Shown: positions 37,878-49,488 of the stretch, one piece after another | How positions within the stretch are numbered: the first letter of the stretch is position 1 | Layout: each line of letters opens with the position of its first letter | Origin: Camelus ferus | Taxonomy: Eukaryota | NCBI RefSeq assembly: GCF_009834535.1 | Contig: NC_045697.1 | Location: 44,642,001-44,706,000, forward strand | Reading direction: 5' to 3' | Length of the DNA stretch: 64,000 nucleotides | Translations under genes and position numbers: made by a program | The notes under the pieces: generated by a model | The model's input: the letters and a program-made list of their open reading frames with translations, nothing else | Told to the model about the DNA's origin: nothing | The model's database searches: none

Positions 37878-39536
37878 ATGCTGAAGGTTTTAAAGTAAAT
37901 TGTGGACGTTTATCTGTGATGGACCTATGCAAGCCCTTGAACTAGGCTACTCTCCATCTTATTTCTTTCTATGTTTATTCAGATTCTCCTTTGGCCACAT
38001 ACTTATTCCCATGTCTAGCTCAGCTCCTGCCCCAGTTTCACACGTGGTGACAATTCCCTGTGTATACCTAAATGTGTAAAAAAGTATGGTTACTTCCCTG
38101 AGTGATCATTTAGGTTACTTTACTTACTGTTGCCGTTTGCTAAATGCAATTAAGTTTTCACCTGAACGATTTAAAGCTCTGCCAAAATAGAGGAAAAAAT
38201 GAGAAGTTTCCCTGTGGTTTGAAATGAGTGCCTTCCCGCTTAGTCCTCTGGAACAGGGCCTGCTGCCCTGGGTGTGGGTCTTTCCCCTCATGGTGGTGAG
38301 TCAGAGGACTCTGGACATCATTCCTCATGACTAACGGGTGTGTGTGGTGATCGTGCCGAGACACTGCTGTGGGTGCGGCATCCTTTGGACCAGGAAGTAC
38401 ATCTCAAGGGGAATCCATGGGATTCAATTGCCTGCCTTCAGTTTTTATGCAGTCATTGATCATTCAAACATGAAGAGTTTGTTTCCCCTCTTTGCTTTTA
38501 AACTGAGTTCTGCTCCTTCAGCTGGTTGTGTCATGTGCTCCAAGGCAGCAAAGACCCTTGGCCTCTGAATATCCATGGTTGTCTTTGAAGAAAGAATGGG
38601 CTGGTGTGGATGTCTGTGTTTAATTTCAACTTAAATATTATTTGATAATAGGCTTTTGTGTCAATGTCCATTTTTTCTTTAATGGTAGAGTTATTCCTCA
38701 TTACACAGGAATTCAACAGACTGAAACTTGAAAGAAGAATTTATAGGTATCAGTATTTATTCAATATATGATGCCTGTTGACTGTATTCAAGGAACGTGC
38801 AGCTCCCTTGGCTGATATTCGCATGAAAGGGCTCCTTTGTTTGTTCATTTGTGGCTATCTTCCACCTCTTGTTTTTCTCTTTGTTCTCTTGTCTTCAGTT
38901 CCCACGCTTTTGCTCATTTCCAAAAGGGAGCGACTTAGCCTGTGGGCTTGGGTCCTCTCTGAGCCTACTCTCCCCTAGAAAACAGGGAGAAGGAGGAGTG
39001 GCAGAAATTGCTGCTTTTCCAGTTCAATTTCTTTTTCTTGGCTAGTTTAGTTTTTTCCCGGCTCTTCGCTTTTTCTTTAAGTCATCAAGCCATCAGGTCA
39101 AGCAAAGAAAAAAACCAAGCACACTTAACAGTCATATTTTGATTATTCTTTTTTAGTCAAAAATTGAAGGATATATTATTTTTAACGGACATATTATTTT
39201 CTCATCAAGTGTGATTTTTATTATGTTTTATGCCAAACTTTCTCTCTCTTCACCTCCTGCCCTCATCCTTTGGAATAATATACCTTTCTGTGCATCTTCT
39301 TGCTGACTCTGAAGAAATCTCATGACACCATGATTCTCCCTTAAGTTCACGTTTGGTCAACCTGTTTCTTTTTTCAGATCCACTCTTCCACCTTGTTCTG
39401 TGCCCTGGTAGTTGGCCGGCTTCACCAGACTACTCACTCTCTGGCTCAAGGTTGGTTTGGTCAATGGGAGCGTTGGCAGGGCTCAGAGGGACAGAGGAGA
39501 TGGAGGCCTGTGTGTTCATCACCCCTCCCCTCTTGT

Positions 39537-39810
39537 TGTAGTGTCCAATGCATTGGCTCATTCTGGACTACCTTACATTTTCTGTAAAGTGTCCCTCCCC
39601 ACACAGCCTCTTTGTTTCCAAATTCCAGCAGCCACTTTGCCCCCTTCAGGCTTCTGGGTATTAACAGGGACCACTGATACCAACTGTGCATTGTCCCTTG
39701 AGGTTCCCTACCCATGCCTGCCCCACTGGAGACAAGCCTCTTATTAAACTTTTTTCGTGGTATTAAATTGGAATGTGTCATCTGTTTCTTGCTGGAGCCC
39801 TGAGGGATAG
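39537..39810 (+). mobile_element. LTR33-like ERVL LTR
   Basis: 3' end cttattaaact...gaatgtgtcatctgtttcttgctggagccctga. Confidence 0.55.
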
Positions 39811-39837
39811 AATGATTCAATGAATGCATATGTTACT

Positions 39838-40020
39838 GGGAGGTAATATGGTATAATGGTTGTTTTCCACGTGGCATTGGACGGATCTAGGCTTGAACAC
39901 ATCACCATCACTTGCTAACTTGGAGTGGAAATTATTTAACCACACTGAGCCTTAGTTTTCTCTAATTTAAAGTGGGGATTATATTACCTACTTCAGAGAA
40001 TTGTTACAAGAATATGTATG
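39838..40020 (+). mobile_element. MIR SINE
   Basis: tatggtataatggtt...ttatttaaccacactgagccttagttttctc...aaagtgggga...tacctacttcagagaattgtt. Confidence 0.75.
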
Positions 40021-40929
40021 AGTACTCAAAATGTTAATTACTATATATTATATATAATTATATATAATAACATAATACTATACAACACAAAAATATATGT
40101 ATTATATGGTAACATATAATAACATTATATATAATGTTTCAGTTTCCCCTCATGTTATACTGAATCACTTCCTCACTGGTAGGGCCTGAGCAGTGACAAA
40201 GCAGTCATTCTGGGGTCCTCTACTCCTGGTGCTGCTGATGTTTGTGTTTCAAGTTATGAGGACCCCCTCTTCCCTTGTGCCCCTTAAATTCCTGCTTATC
40301 CAAATGATAGTTTGCTTCCCATAGATGGTCCTGGCTGGTCTGGTAATCTCCCCTCAACCTGTGGAATTTTCAGATGACTCTTCTTCAAACGGTGAGTGCT
40401 AGTCACAGGGGTCCCTGGTGAAGGGAAAATCTTTTGCTTGCGTCTCAACCCTAAGCGTTGGCTGCTTTCTGTGCAGGTGCTAGGCACTGTTGGGTAATCC
40501 CACGGCTTTACAAGAGAGCTGTTTTTTTTGTTTCTACCTTCTTTAAACAATACCTTTAGAATGTCGTAAGCACATTGACTAGGCTCAAAGAGGAGTTGCG
40601 AGGAGTAGCTAATGGATTATTTTAAATGCTTTGAAACTGGCAGGAGTTTAGTAAGAAGGACAGGCTAAATAATTTTTGCAGGCTTGATGAGAGTACGAAG
40701 TGTAGCAAATGACCCTTCTACTTTGCTTTGGTATCTAGTGGGACTTGCTTATTGTGTAACATGTCCCATTAAAATGAGTTATATATGTTATTGCATTTAA
40801 AGCATGACCTGGGGAAATGCTTTAAGATAAAAAGAGGTGTTTGGAAGATATACAAAGCTTTCATCGAATGGAGTTGCAGTTACTGAAACCACTTGGGTTT
40901 TTCTGACTCAAGAGAAGTCTTATGAAGCA

Positions 40930-41089
40930 CAGTTCAGTAACGTTTGTCTTCTAAGGGCCTGCTGTGCGTCAGGGCTGGATTGGCCACCACGATTCCCAGC
41001 AGACTAGAAGAGGAGGTAGATATACACAGAGTCAGAACCCTTTGGTAATGTGTAATAGGGGCTAAGACGGATGAAAATACAAGGTACAG

Positions 41090-41127
<38 letters not shown>

Positions 41128-42120
41128 AATGGTAGTCAGTCTAAAATGAGCACAATCTGGGGGAAATCAGGGAAGATTCATGAAGAGAGGCTTGAGTTGA
41201 CCTCTGAGGGTAGAAGTCTGCCACATGATAAAGGGGAGAAGGACATTTCAGACACAGGGAACAGCATATGAAAAGTCCTCTTTCTCTCTCCTTGTTTCAT
41301 TTAAGAGGCTCTACGTCCTCTGCATCTAGCTCTGTCTTATTCTTTGCACACAGTAGGTACTGAGTTAACACTTGTAAGTGGATAGAATGGGTGGTGGGAT
41401 TAGAGGGAGTGATTCCAGTCTTATTCATTAGGTTTTCTTTACTTTCTGAATTTTCTACAGCAAACATGTCCTTATTTCGTGATTCGAATATTCTAAAATA
41501 CTCAGAGAATGGTTATCAGAGTCCGTGGCTGCACTGGAGTTGACGATGAATGCAGTTGGTGAGGTCAGTGCACTTTGGGCGCTGGGGACACTTGTTAACC
41601 TGGTGGAGCAAAGGCTTGAGGCTGTGGGAGGTGTCACTGGGGATGAAGCTGGGATGATAGTTCCGGGCTCAGAATGTTGGCCTTTGTGTTGTAGACAGTG
41701 AGGAAGCATTGGAATTATTAGGCAGGAAGTCTGTGTTAAGAGTCCTCTGGCAACACTGTAGAGCACGAATTGGTTGCAGGAAAGATTGAAGGGGAAGGAC
41801 CAATTGTGACAGCTTTATAATCCAAGTGGAAAAGTGTTGAACGGTCTCATGTTTGGGTAGGGTTGGGGAGAGGATAACACGTTTGGTTTTAGACAGGATG
41901 CATTTGTACTGTCTGTGGGATAGTCTGGAGGAAGGCCAGTAAGTATTTGGAACTTCTTGTGGGGAAGAATTGGTGCCTAAAACATTACTGACACCAGGGA
42001 GTAGGGGAGGCCCTGGGAACCCCACCAGGCAGTGAGGACCAGGTTGGCATGGTCACAGGGGCAAGAGAAAAACACAAGAAAATGGTGCTTGAGAGAGGAA
42101 AAAATCATGAGAGGAAGAAG
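40930..42120 (-). mobile_element. Scattered L2 fragments
   Basis: atcagggaagattcatgaagag...catttcagacacagggaacagcatatgaaaag; gaagattgaaggggaaggaccaatt...tttggttttagacagg. Confidence 0.5.
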
Positions 42121-42294
42121 AAGGGGGAGAGGTGGTCCAGAAATGATCAAATTATCTAGTCAGGAAGTAGATGATTTTTCCTTCCTCCCTGCCTTCAGGA
42201 AGCTGCTCAAAAGACATCTCTTCAGAGACGCTGTCCCAGACCACCTACCTAAAACAGCACCCTTCTTTGCTCCATACCACCTTCCCTGAGCACT

Positions 42295-42765
42295 GTTCCA
42301 AAATATAGGTTTTATTATCATTCATGTACAGTGAGGGTCAGGGGATGATTGCCATAGAAAAGGTAGTTCATTATTCACAGTTCCCAAAAGGAAGGGACAT
42401 GCCATGCCAGGCAGGGCCACAGGGGGCAGCACCAGGGCCAGTCAGGAGGCAGAGGGAGGGTAGAAACTGGCAAGAGCCTTTATTGTGGTTCCCATGGGAA
42501 GGAACAGGCAGGCAGGATGGGCAGGCTTAGGACTGACTAATCTGAATAACTCTGGTGGGGTTTTGGGTTGGCTGTGCCTACTTGTCTGGTACCTGGCCCT
42601 GGGTGACTAGGGCCAGAGCTAGCGACCTGAATGAAGTAGCTGGGGTCTGGGCTTGGAGTGGTTGCTTTACATATGAAAGATTTGCTGGAAGGGGAGCTGT
42701 TTACTAGCTCTACAGGAATTGGCTACCCTGGGAGGGGTGATGGAACCATCAGAATAAAAAGGCTT
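42295..42765 (-). mobile_element. ERVL LTR (MER76-like)
   Basis: caagagcctttattgtggttcccatgggaaggaacaggc...gcaggcttaggactgactaatctgaataact; AATAAA on the minus strand. Confidence 0.55.
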
Positions 42766-43420
42766 GCTTAGTAAGGCACCACTTGACGTTATACTGCATG
42801 TTTGTTTGTTTGTGGAGCAGAGCCACAGCTGGGGCTGGGGTGAGGGGAACGAGGCATTCACCTCAGGCACGAAGTGTAAAGGGGTGGCTGCCAAAAAGCT
42901 CACTAATCAAGTTGAATAATATGTTACTGTTTAAATCAATCAACATGAATACAGAGATATCCATGATGAACAAAATGCCAAAATTTAAAATAAAGACAGC
43001 ATCCGTCACAGCCTGCTGGAGCCTGAAACAAAAGGAAAAATCAGTAATATGGATCCTGTCTTTTTGATTTTTAAAACTGTTGCATTAAAATTAACCAGCC
43101 TTAAAAAGGAAGGCAGTTCTGACACATGCTACAACGTGACTGAAACTTGAGGCTAAGTGAAATAAGCCAGTCACAAAAAGACAAATACTGTATGACTCCA
43201 CTTATGGGGAATACTTCGAGCAGTCAGAATCACAGAGACAGAGAGTAGGATGGTGGCCTCCAGGGGCCGGGAGAGTGGGAAGTGGGGAGTTAGTGTTTAG
43301 TGGGTGCACAGTTTTGGTTTGGGAAGATGAAAAGAGTTTGGAGATGGATGGTGGTGATGGTTGCACAACATTATGAATGCGTTTGATGTCACTGAACTGA
43401 ACACCTAAAAATGGTTAAGA

Positions 43421-44065
43421 AGGGAAGGGTAGGGTATAGCTCAGTGGTAGAGTGTGTGCTTAGCACGCACGAGGTCCTGAGTTCAATCTGCAGTACCTTT
43501 GTTATGGAAACGACAGGCCAGTCAAGAAACAAGCACCACTCGGAGGGTTGGAGTACTCAGATGTATTACGCCAGTGGGCTCAGAGGGGCTTCTGCTCCGA
43601 AGCTCTGAGCACCTCCAAGACGTGCGCGTGAGGTTTTATAGGGTGAAGTACAAGCTTGGGGTATTCGGCCAATAGGCGTGGAACAGCTTTAGCAGCATTA
43701 TCATCACAAAAGTGGAGGTGGGGAGGCAGCAAACCAACATTCCAAAGCCAGATATGTATCTTTGAAAACCCAGCTGGCTAGCAAAAAACATGAACAGCAA
43801 ACCAACACTAATTAACCTAGATTTACAAGTTAGTCCAGCAGAACTCAGATCAGTATTCCAATACTTAGACTTGTGAGTTATCTTGTTAGCCCAGCCCAGC
43901 CTCTCCTTCACATTCCTAGACTTGTGAGTTATCTTGTGAGACCAGCCCGGTTTTTCCTTCACACCTTCATTAAAATAATTAAGTAAGAAAATGAATAAAT
44001 AAATGTAATCCCCTCCCTATAAAGCTTAAAAAGGGAATTTAAGGTTCAATTAAAAAAATTTTTTT
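43421..44065 (+). mobile_element. Vic-1-like SINE split by an LTR
   Basis: Head gggtatagctcagtggtagagtgtgtgcttagcacgcacgaggtcctgagttcaatc (to 43499); AT-rich body resumes at 43964; TSD aatggttaaga at 43410-43420 and 44066-44076. Confidence 0.9.
43500..43963 (-). mobile_element. Young 464-bp ERV1-type solo LTR
   Basis: TG...CA termini, perfect 4-bp TSD cctt (43496-43499 and 43964-43967), TATAAAA on the minus strand at 43633-43639, CCAAT near 43670, retained CpGs. Confidence 0.88.
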
Positions 44066-47000
44066 AATGGTTAAGATGATAGATGTTATGTGTATTTTAC
44101 CATAGTAAAAAAAAAAGGGCCCTGTGAAGGTAGTAACCATGTCTGCCACAGGCTTCTTGACTGTTGACTTCCTTCCACAGAAGCAAAGATACTGGTACTT
44201 TGGCATATTTACATGTTTTTCCTCTTGCAGGTAGAGTAAGCATTTTCTCCACTGTACTGTGTGGCATCTAGCGGGTTGGTTTTATGGGCTTAATATCCTG
44301 AATCATTTAAGGGTACCCCTATGGTACTCCCGTGGGCCGAGGTGGGGGGTCTACCCTTCTAGCTTTGAGGAGTGATTAACACAGAAAGCATTAAAAAAAA
44401 AAAACATGGCCCATTTTATTTTTAAATGATGTAGAACTGGCTTAGTGTGTAATCCTTTACTCCTGCTGGGTCTTCTGTCCTGTGTCCTCACCTCATTGCT
44501 GGAGACAAATGACTTCCCTGGGCTGATGAGCCAGGGAAGTGGATCATTACATTTTTCTCTTTAACTACACACTGAATAATCAACCTGCTATTTACTGAGT
44601 TGGAAAACTTTCTGTCTTAGATTTAAGATCCACTCAAACAGGATGGAGATGCCTGAGGTTCTCATATTTCATTAAAAAAAAGTTTATACAGATTCCATGG
44701 TCTAGATGTCCCAAGGTCAAACCCATATCTGGATACTCCCCAAATATTTTAATGTGGAAGAAATAGATTCACTAAAACAGAAAAGAAAAAAGAAATGGAC
44801 AAAACATCCTGAAGAAGTAACACGTCAGTTGAGATGGGGGCAGGGGGAGGGACCCCTGCCTGGGGGATGGTGGAAGGAAGAGTCCCACTGCTGGGCAACA
44901 AGCACCGTGGCTTCCGCATCAGTGTCGATTGCCACTTGCTTCTTCATCTTTTCTTTCTCTGCTTCCCTGGGTCTCAGTGAATTCAGAGCCTCCATTCCTG
45001 GTTCCCGTGCTTGCCCTCTCTAGAAAGTTTTCGGGGGAAGGTCTTCATTTTGTGCACACAGAGCACAGCTGTAAGTTGTACCATGTTTTACTACAGATCC
45101 TTACAGTTAGAGGGGTCCTAAAGCAGGAACTGAGTTCTTCTTACCTTCTCTTGAAAGATCCCCCCAGAAATGGATGGTGTTTCCATGTGAAGAGCCAGAG
45201 AGACTTTGGCAGGGCTGATCCTAACTACATCCATTGCAAACTAAATTTAGAAGCTCTGATAAATATGTACTTGCATATGGTAGTTTTCTAGGCAATGTAC
45301 AAAGAAAGAATCCCAGACCTGCTATCTGGATACTCAAAATCTAATGTGAAAAATGAAGTGTAGAATAATTGACCATCATCATTGTGTTGTGGAGTGACTG
45401 TTCTAGGTTCTTCTCTGTGATGCACAGACATCATCATATTATCATTATTATTTTCAAAAGTGAGAAATGGAACAACTACCTCACCGGTTCTGCAGTGACA
45501 GCCTCAGCATACCTTGCTTCTTGCTCAGAACCTTTCCCTGCCTGTACTGACCCTCAACTTAAGAAGTCGACCAGTCCAAAGATGCACCTGCTTTTGATAT
45601 CCTAAGAACTCTCAGACCATTCTATAAGCTATAAAAAATGGACATTCACTTTCTCTAATGAGACACTGTTTCAGAATTTGTGTGGTGTTCTCTCTAGCTT
45701 TAGTAATTAAAACTCAAAATAATACTGAAAATAGAACTCAAAATTAAAATTTGCTTATTCTCATAAGGGCTTTTCCATGTAGATAAATTGAAATAAGTGC
45801 ATCTTTTGAGGATTTGGAGGAAGGTTGCAGGTGAGGATGAAGAGTGAAGAGCGAATCCACTGAAGTTCACACTCAGGGCACCTGATTCTCCAGGTTCTCC
45901 CTGGTGTCTCCAAGGGAACTTCTTCCATAATCTTTTCAGGATAGTTTAGTAATTCTTGGCATAAATATTTGTTGCATAATCAAAGGCCTGAACGTCTAGG
46001 TTCTCCGAGCCTCCAGAGAACCCTTAACAATGCTGAAGACCATCTCTGAAGATATTCGAGGATCCTCAGATTCGTGAACACCTCTGTAGCTAATAATTCC
46101 CCCAGAAAATGGGTATTTTTTCCACTGGCTGGAGCAGTCACTGAAATAGGTTCAGGATACCCCTCCACCTTGTTTTTATATAAAGCGTATTGTGGACTCT
46201 TTCAAGTCTTAGATCCAAGTTCACTGCAAAATTTAACATTCTACCCTTAACTATCCAAAATTCCCATGGGAACTCATTTCAGTACCTCCAAGGAACCCCC
46301 AGGGAATTTCAAATTATGCTCCAAGTGCTAGGTATCTTTCCTTCATCTTGTAGCATTTACCCTGATGCTATAAGGTGGTACCTCATCCATCTTGTGCCTG
46401 CCTCACTGGCCACTGTGGCGATGTTCCTTTTGCTGCTCGTCCTGAGAGTGGCTCCTATGTGGCTGATGTCCACTGAAGGCACTGCTGAAGATACTACGTG
46501 AGCTGCTGATGCCAGTCAATGCCTGAGCCCAGGATGCTCAGATGCCAGTGCCTAGTGGTGAGGCCCTGCAGTCTGTACCAGGAGTGCTGGTTCCCAGGCC
46601 ACAGAGCTGCTGGCACCAACGCCAAGATGCCTTGTCTCAGAGATTATAATTGTGTTGTTTTCAGCACCATAGGGTTATCCCAGGCACCCTTCCTTCCTTA
46701 ACCAAACCGAAGTAGTAAATAATTTAAGATAGAAGAAGAATCAGAAACCCTTGTAGCATAAAAATGTGTAAGAGAAATGTTAAGAAGAGGTCAGTTGAGG
46801 CAATGTGAAAGGTCTGATAGTCTTTGTAATTATTGTTATTTGTAATATACCAAACTTGGGTAGTTTCTTGCTTCTTCAGTTATAATAAGTAGTTATATTG
46901 TATACTGTGGCTACATTCTAAAGCCTGTGTGTAAAAAAAGGAAAATAGACAAAGCCTCTCTTGAAATCCCCTAAACTGCTCGTAAACTAAGTAGACGTGG

Positions 47001-47279
47001 CCATATTTACATGCCACAGTGTAGGCTGACAGGCCATCTTTCAGTGAATCTAACACCGCTGGTTTTCCCACTGGCATTGAAACAAACCATTGTTTCTTTG
47101 ACCGACTGCTAAAAGTAGTTGACTTGGGCATAGGGGCCATGTTGTATGAGAAGTATAGATCTTTAAATATTAGCTCTGTGGAATGCAGTAAGATGTTTAC
47201 ACTATGAGAGGCATAAAAACTGAAGCCAACTAAGCAAAAAAATGTGGCGTATCCACTCCCTTCCTAGAATAGAATAATA

Positions 47280-47500
47280 AATTAACATTTATTGAAGACT
47301 TAGGCTGTCAGGCACTCTTTAAAACACTTTACATGTATTAACTCATTTAATCCTTACAACCCCTGAAGGAATTCATTATTATTACACCCATTTTTTTTTA
47401 AGAAGTAAAACCGAGGTCAGGTAACTTATAAAAAGTGGCATAACTGGAATCTGAACTCAGGCAGTCTGGCTCAAGTGCTCTTGCTCTTAACTGCTTTCCT
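47280..47500 (-). mobile_element. MIR SINE
   Basis: aacatttattgaagactt...tattaactcatttaatccttacaac...ctgaactcaggcagtctggctc. Confidence 0.85.
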
Positions 47501-49324
47501 CTACACTTTTAACCATTACTGCACTATTTAAATCACTTTTTGTCTCCCTCCTTTCGCTTTGGACGAGGTGGAATTTACCTATTTAATGTTTTTAACGATG
47601 TGACTCTATCGCGATTTCTTACTGTAGCAGAAATTCAAACTATACCGAAAGGCGTAAAATATATAAAGGGGTGATGTCTCATGTTCTCACCCTTAGATAG
47701 AACAAATGTTAATGGCTTATGCGTTCCCCCCCCCCCCCCAGGGATTTCTTTCATGCATGCACTCACACATTTATTTTGTTTTTGTTTTGTTTTTGTTTGA
47801 CATATAATTTATTCTAATTTCCCCTTTTTCACTTAGCAATGTCATAGACCTCTTTCTGTGTCAGAATATAGAATTCCACCTCCTCCTTTTAAAGACCTGT
47901 TTTAGTAAGCACATATTATTCCAGTGCATGAATAAAACATTATTTACCCTTGCATACTCCCTTACTGATGGATAATCTGGTTTAAAATTTTTTTTGTCAA
48001 ATTTCTACTGTTATAAACTCTGGCAAACATGATCATTTGTTCTCTTAGTATTTTGCAGATTTGTTTTTTAGTTTTAGATCCTTAATCCACATGGAATTTA
48101 TTTTGTGCCGGAGGTGAGGTGGGGATTACATTGATTTCTTGACTTTCCTCATTCAAATGATTACCCACCTGAAGAGATTCAGTCTCCAGGCGCCCAAGTA
48201 AACACGTTACATCTGTTGAAGAAATACACTGAAAATTGTAATAAGGAGAATCTCTATGGTGGAAGATAGTAGGTAGTGTGTGTTGGGGAGAGGAAGCAGA
48301 AACAGCGGGCTCCGCCAGTATGCACTGGAGGCGGGAGCCCCGCTTTCAGGTTGAAACGCTGCATTTTAATTAGTGATATTACTCCCAAATGTTTAGCTGC
48401 AACAGTGGAGGGGAGGTTTGAGACCCCTGCTTGCTCATCATAATTCAGAACCTGCACATCAGAGTGTCTAAGTAGATCTTCTCACTTTTGAAAGGTCAGC
48501 CAATAAAATTGTCATGTTGTGTCATTCAAGGTCTAGAAGTTACTCTGTTGGTGGATTTTTTTTTTTTTTTTTTTTTTTGAGTTAAAGATGGCCTGTTCAC
48601 ATCTAGTGTCTTTTAGCAACCTTTGCTAGACTAAAATTCTGGCAGGCCATCACACAAAGGATCTCTGAAATCTTTCAGCTACTTAGAACAATCCGTGTCC
48701 TTCGCATTTTTTTTTCTTTATCACTTTGGACACTCAGCTAGAGAGAGCCTCTGTATCTTAAGCTATTTGGTATATTTTCCTACTTACAAGGAAAACAGCA
48801 CTCAATTCAGTCTTTGTTTTGGGTCTTGGACTCTGCAATTGAGTATTAATTAATTTCCACTGGAAAAAAATCCCCAAATAAGCTGTGCTTTTCTGGAAAT
48901 ACTGTCATCATACAGAAATTAATGGAGCTAGATTTTCTCAGTTTTATTACTTGGCTATAAGGGAAGTAAGTTAGGGAGCTAGCTTCATTCTTTTAAGCCA
49001 CCGGGATCTTAATTAGAATTCTGAAGGGGGTGACAAGTTCAGGGGAAAAAAAACCGTGAATTATGGGCAACCTTTCCTATGACAGTTGCTGCAGTCTCGC
49101 TCGGCTTGCTCAGCCTCCACTAGAGGGGCTGCCTCCTGGGCTCGTCAGAACCCATACCAGCTTTCTACATGCTCCAAGCAGTTGGACTTTTAGCCTGAGG
49201 ATCTGTGACTAGGGGAAGGGAGTATTCAAAGCTGAAAATGATCATGACTCCTATTTCAATTATATTATGGGTGAAATTAGCTTTTGTGGGGGTATAAAGA
49301 AAGTCTTATCAATACTGATAATGA

Positions 49325-49488
49325 TGTTTTCCAAAGTGTGGTTGCATCAGAATCAACTGGGTATTTAATCAAAATGCTGCTTGTTGGAGTCCATCCCAGA
49401 ATCGGACTCTGGTGGTAGAGCGCAGGGATCTATTTTTAACAAGCCTCCTATGCTATTCATTTGTGCATTAAAATTTGAGACCATTTGA
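49325..49488. mobile_element. MER5-family hAT element
   Basis: ccaaagtgtggttgcatcagaatcaactggg...tttttaacaagc...aaatttgagacca. Confidence 0.65.

Larger units (their letters stand above)
43096..44117 (+). mobile_element. L1MB-type 3' end, interrupted by SINE and LTR
   Basis: aagtgaaataagccagtcacaaaaagacaaatactgtatga...aactgaacacctaaaaatggttaaga, resuming at tgatagatgttatgtgtattttaccatagtaaaaaa. Confidence 0.88.

Noticed and set aside
43426..43499. tRNA-Ala(AGC) gene
   Set aside because: TSD-flanked SINE head with mismatched stems; the same applies to the copies at 29.5 and 37.8 kb.
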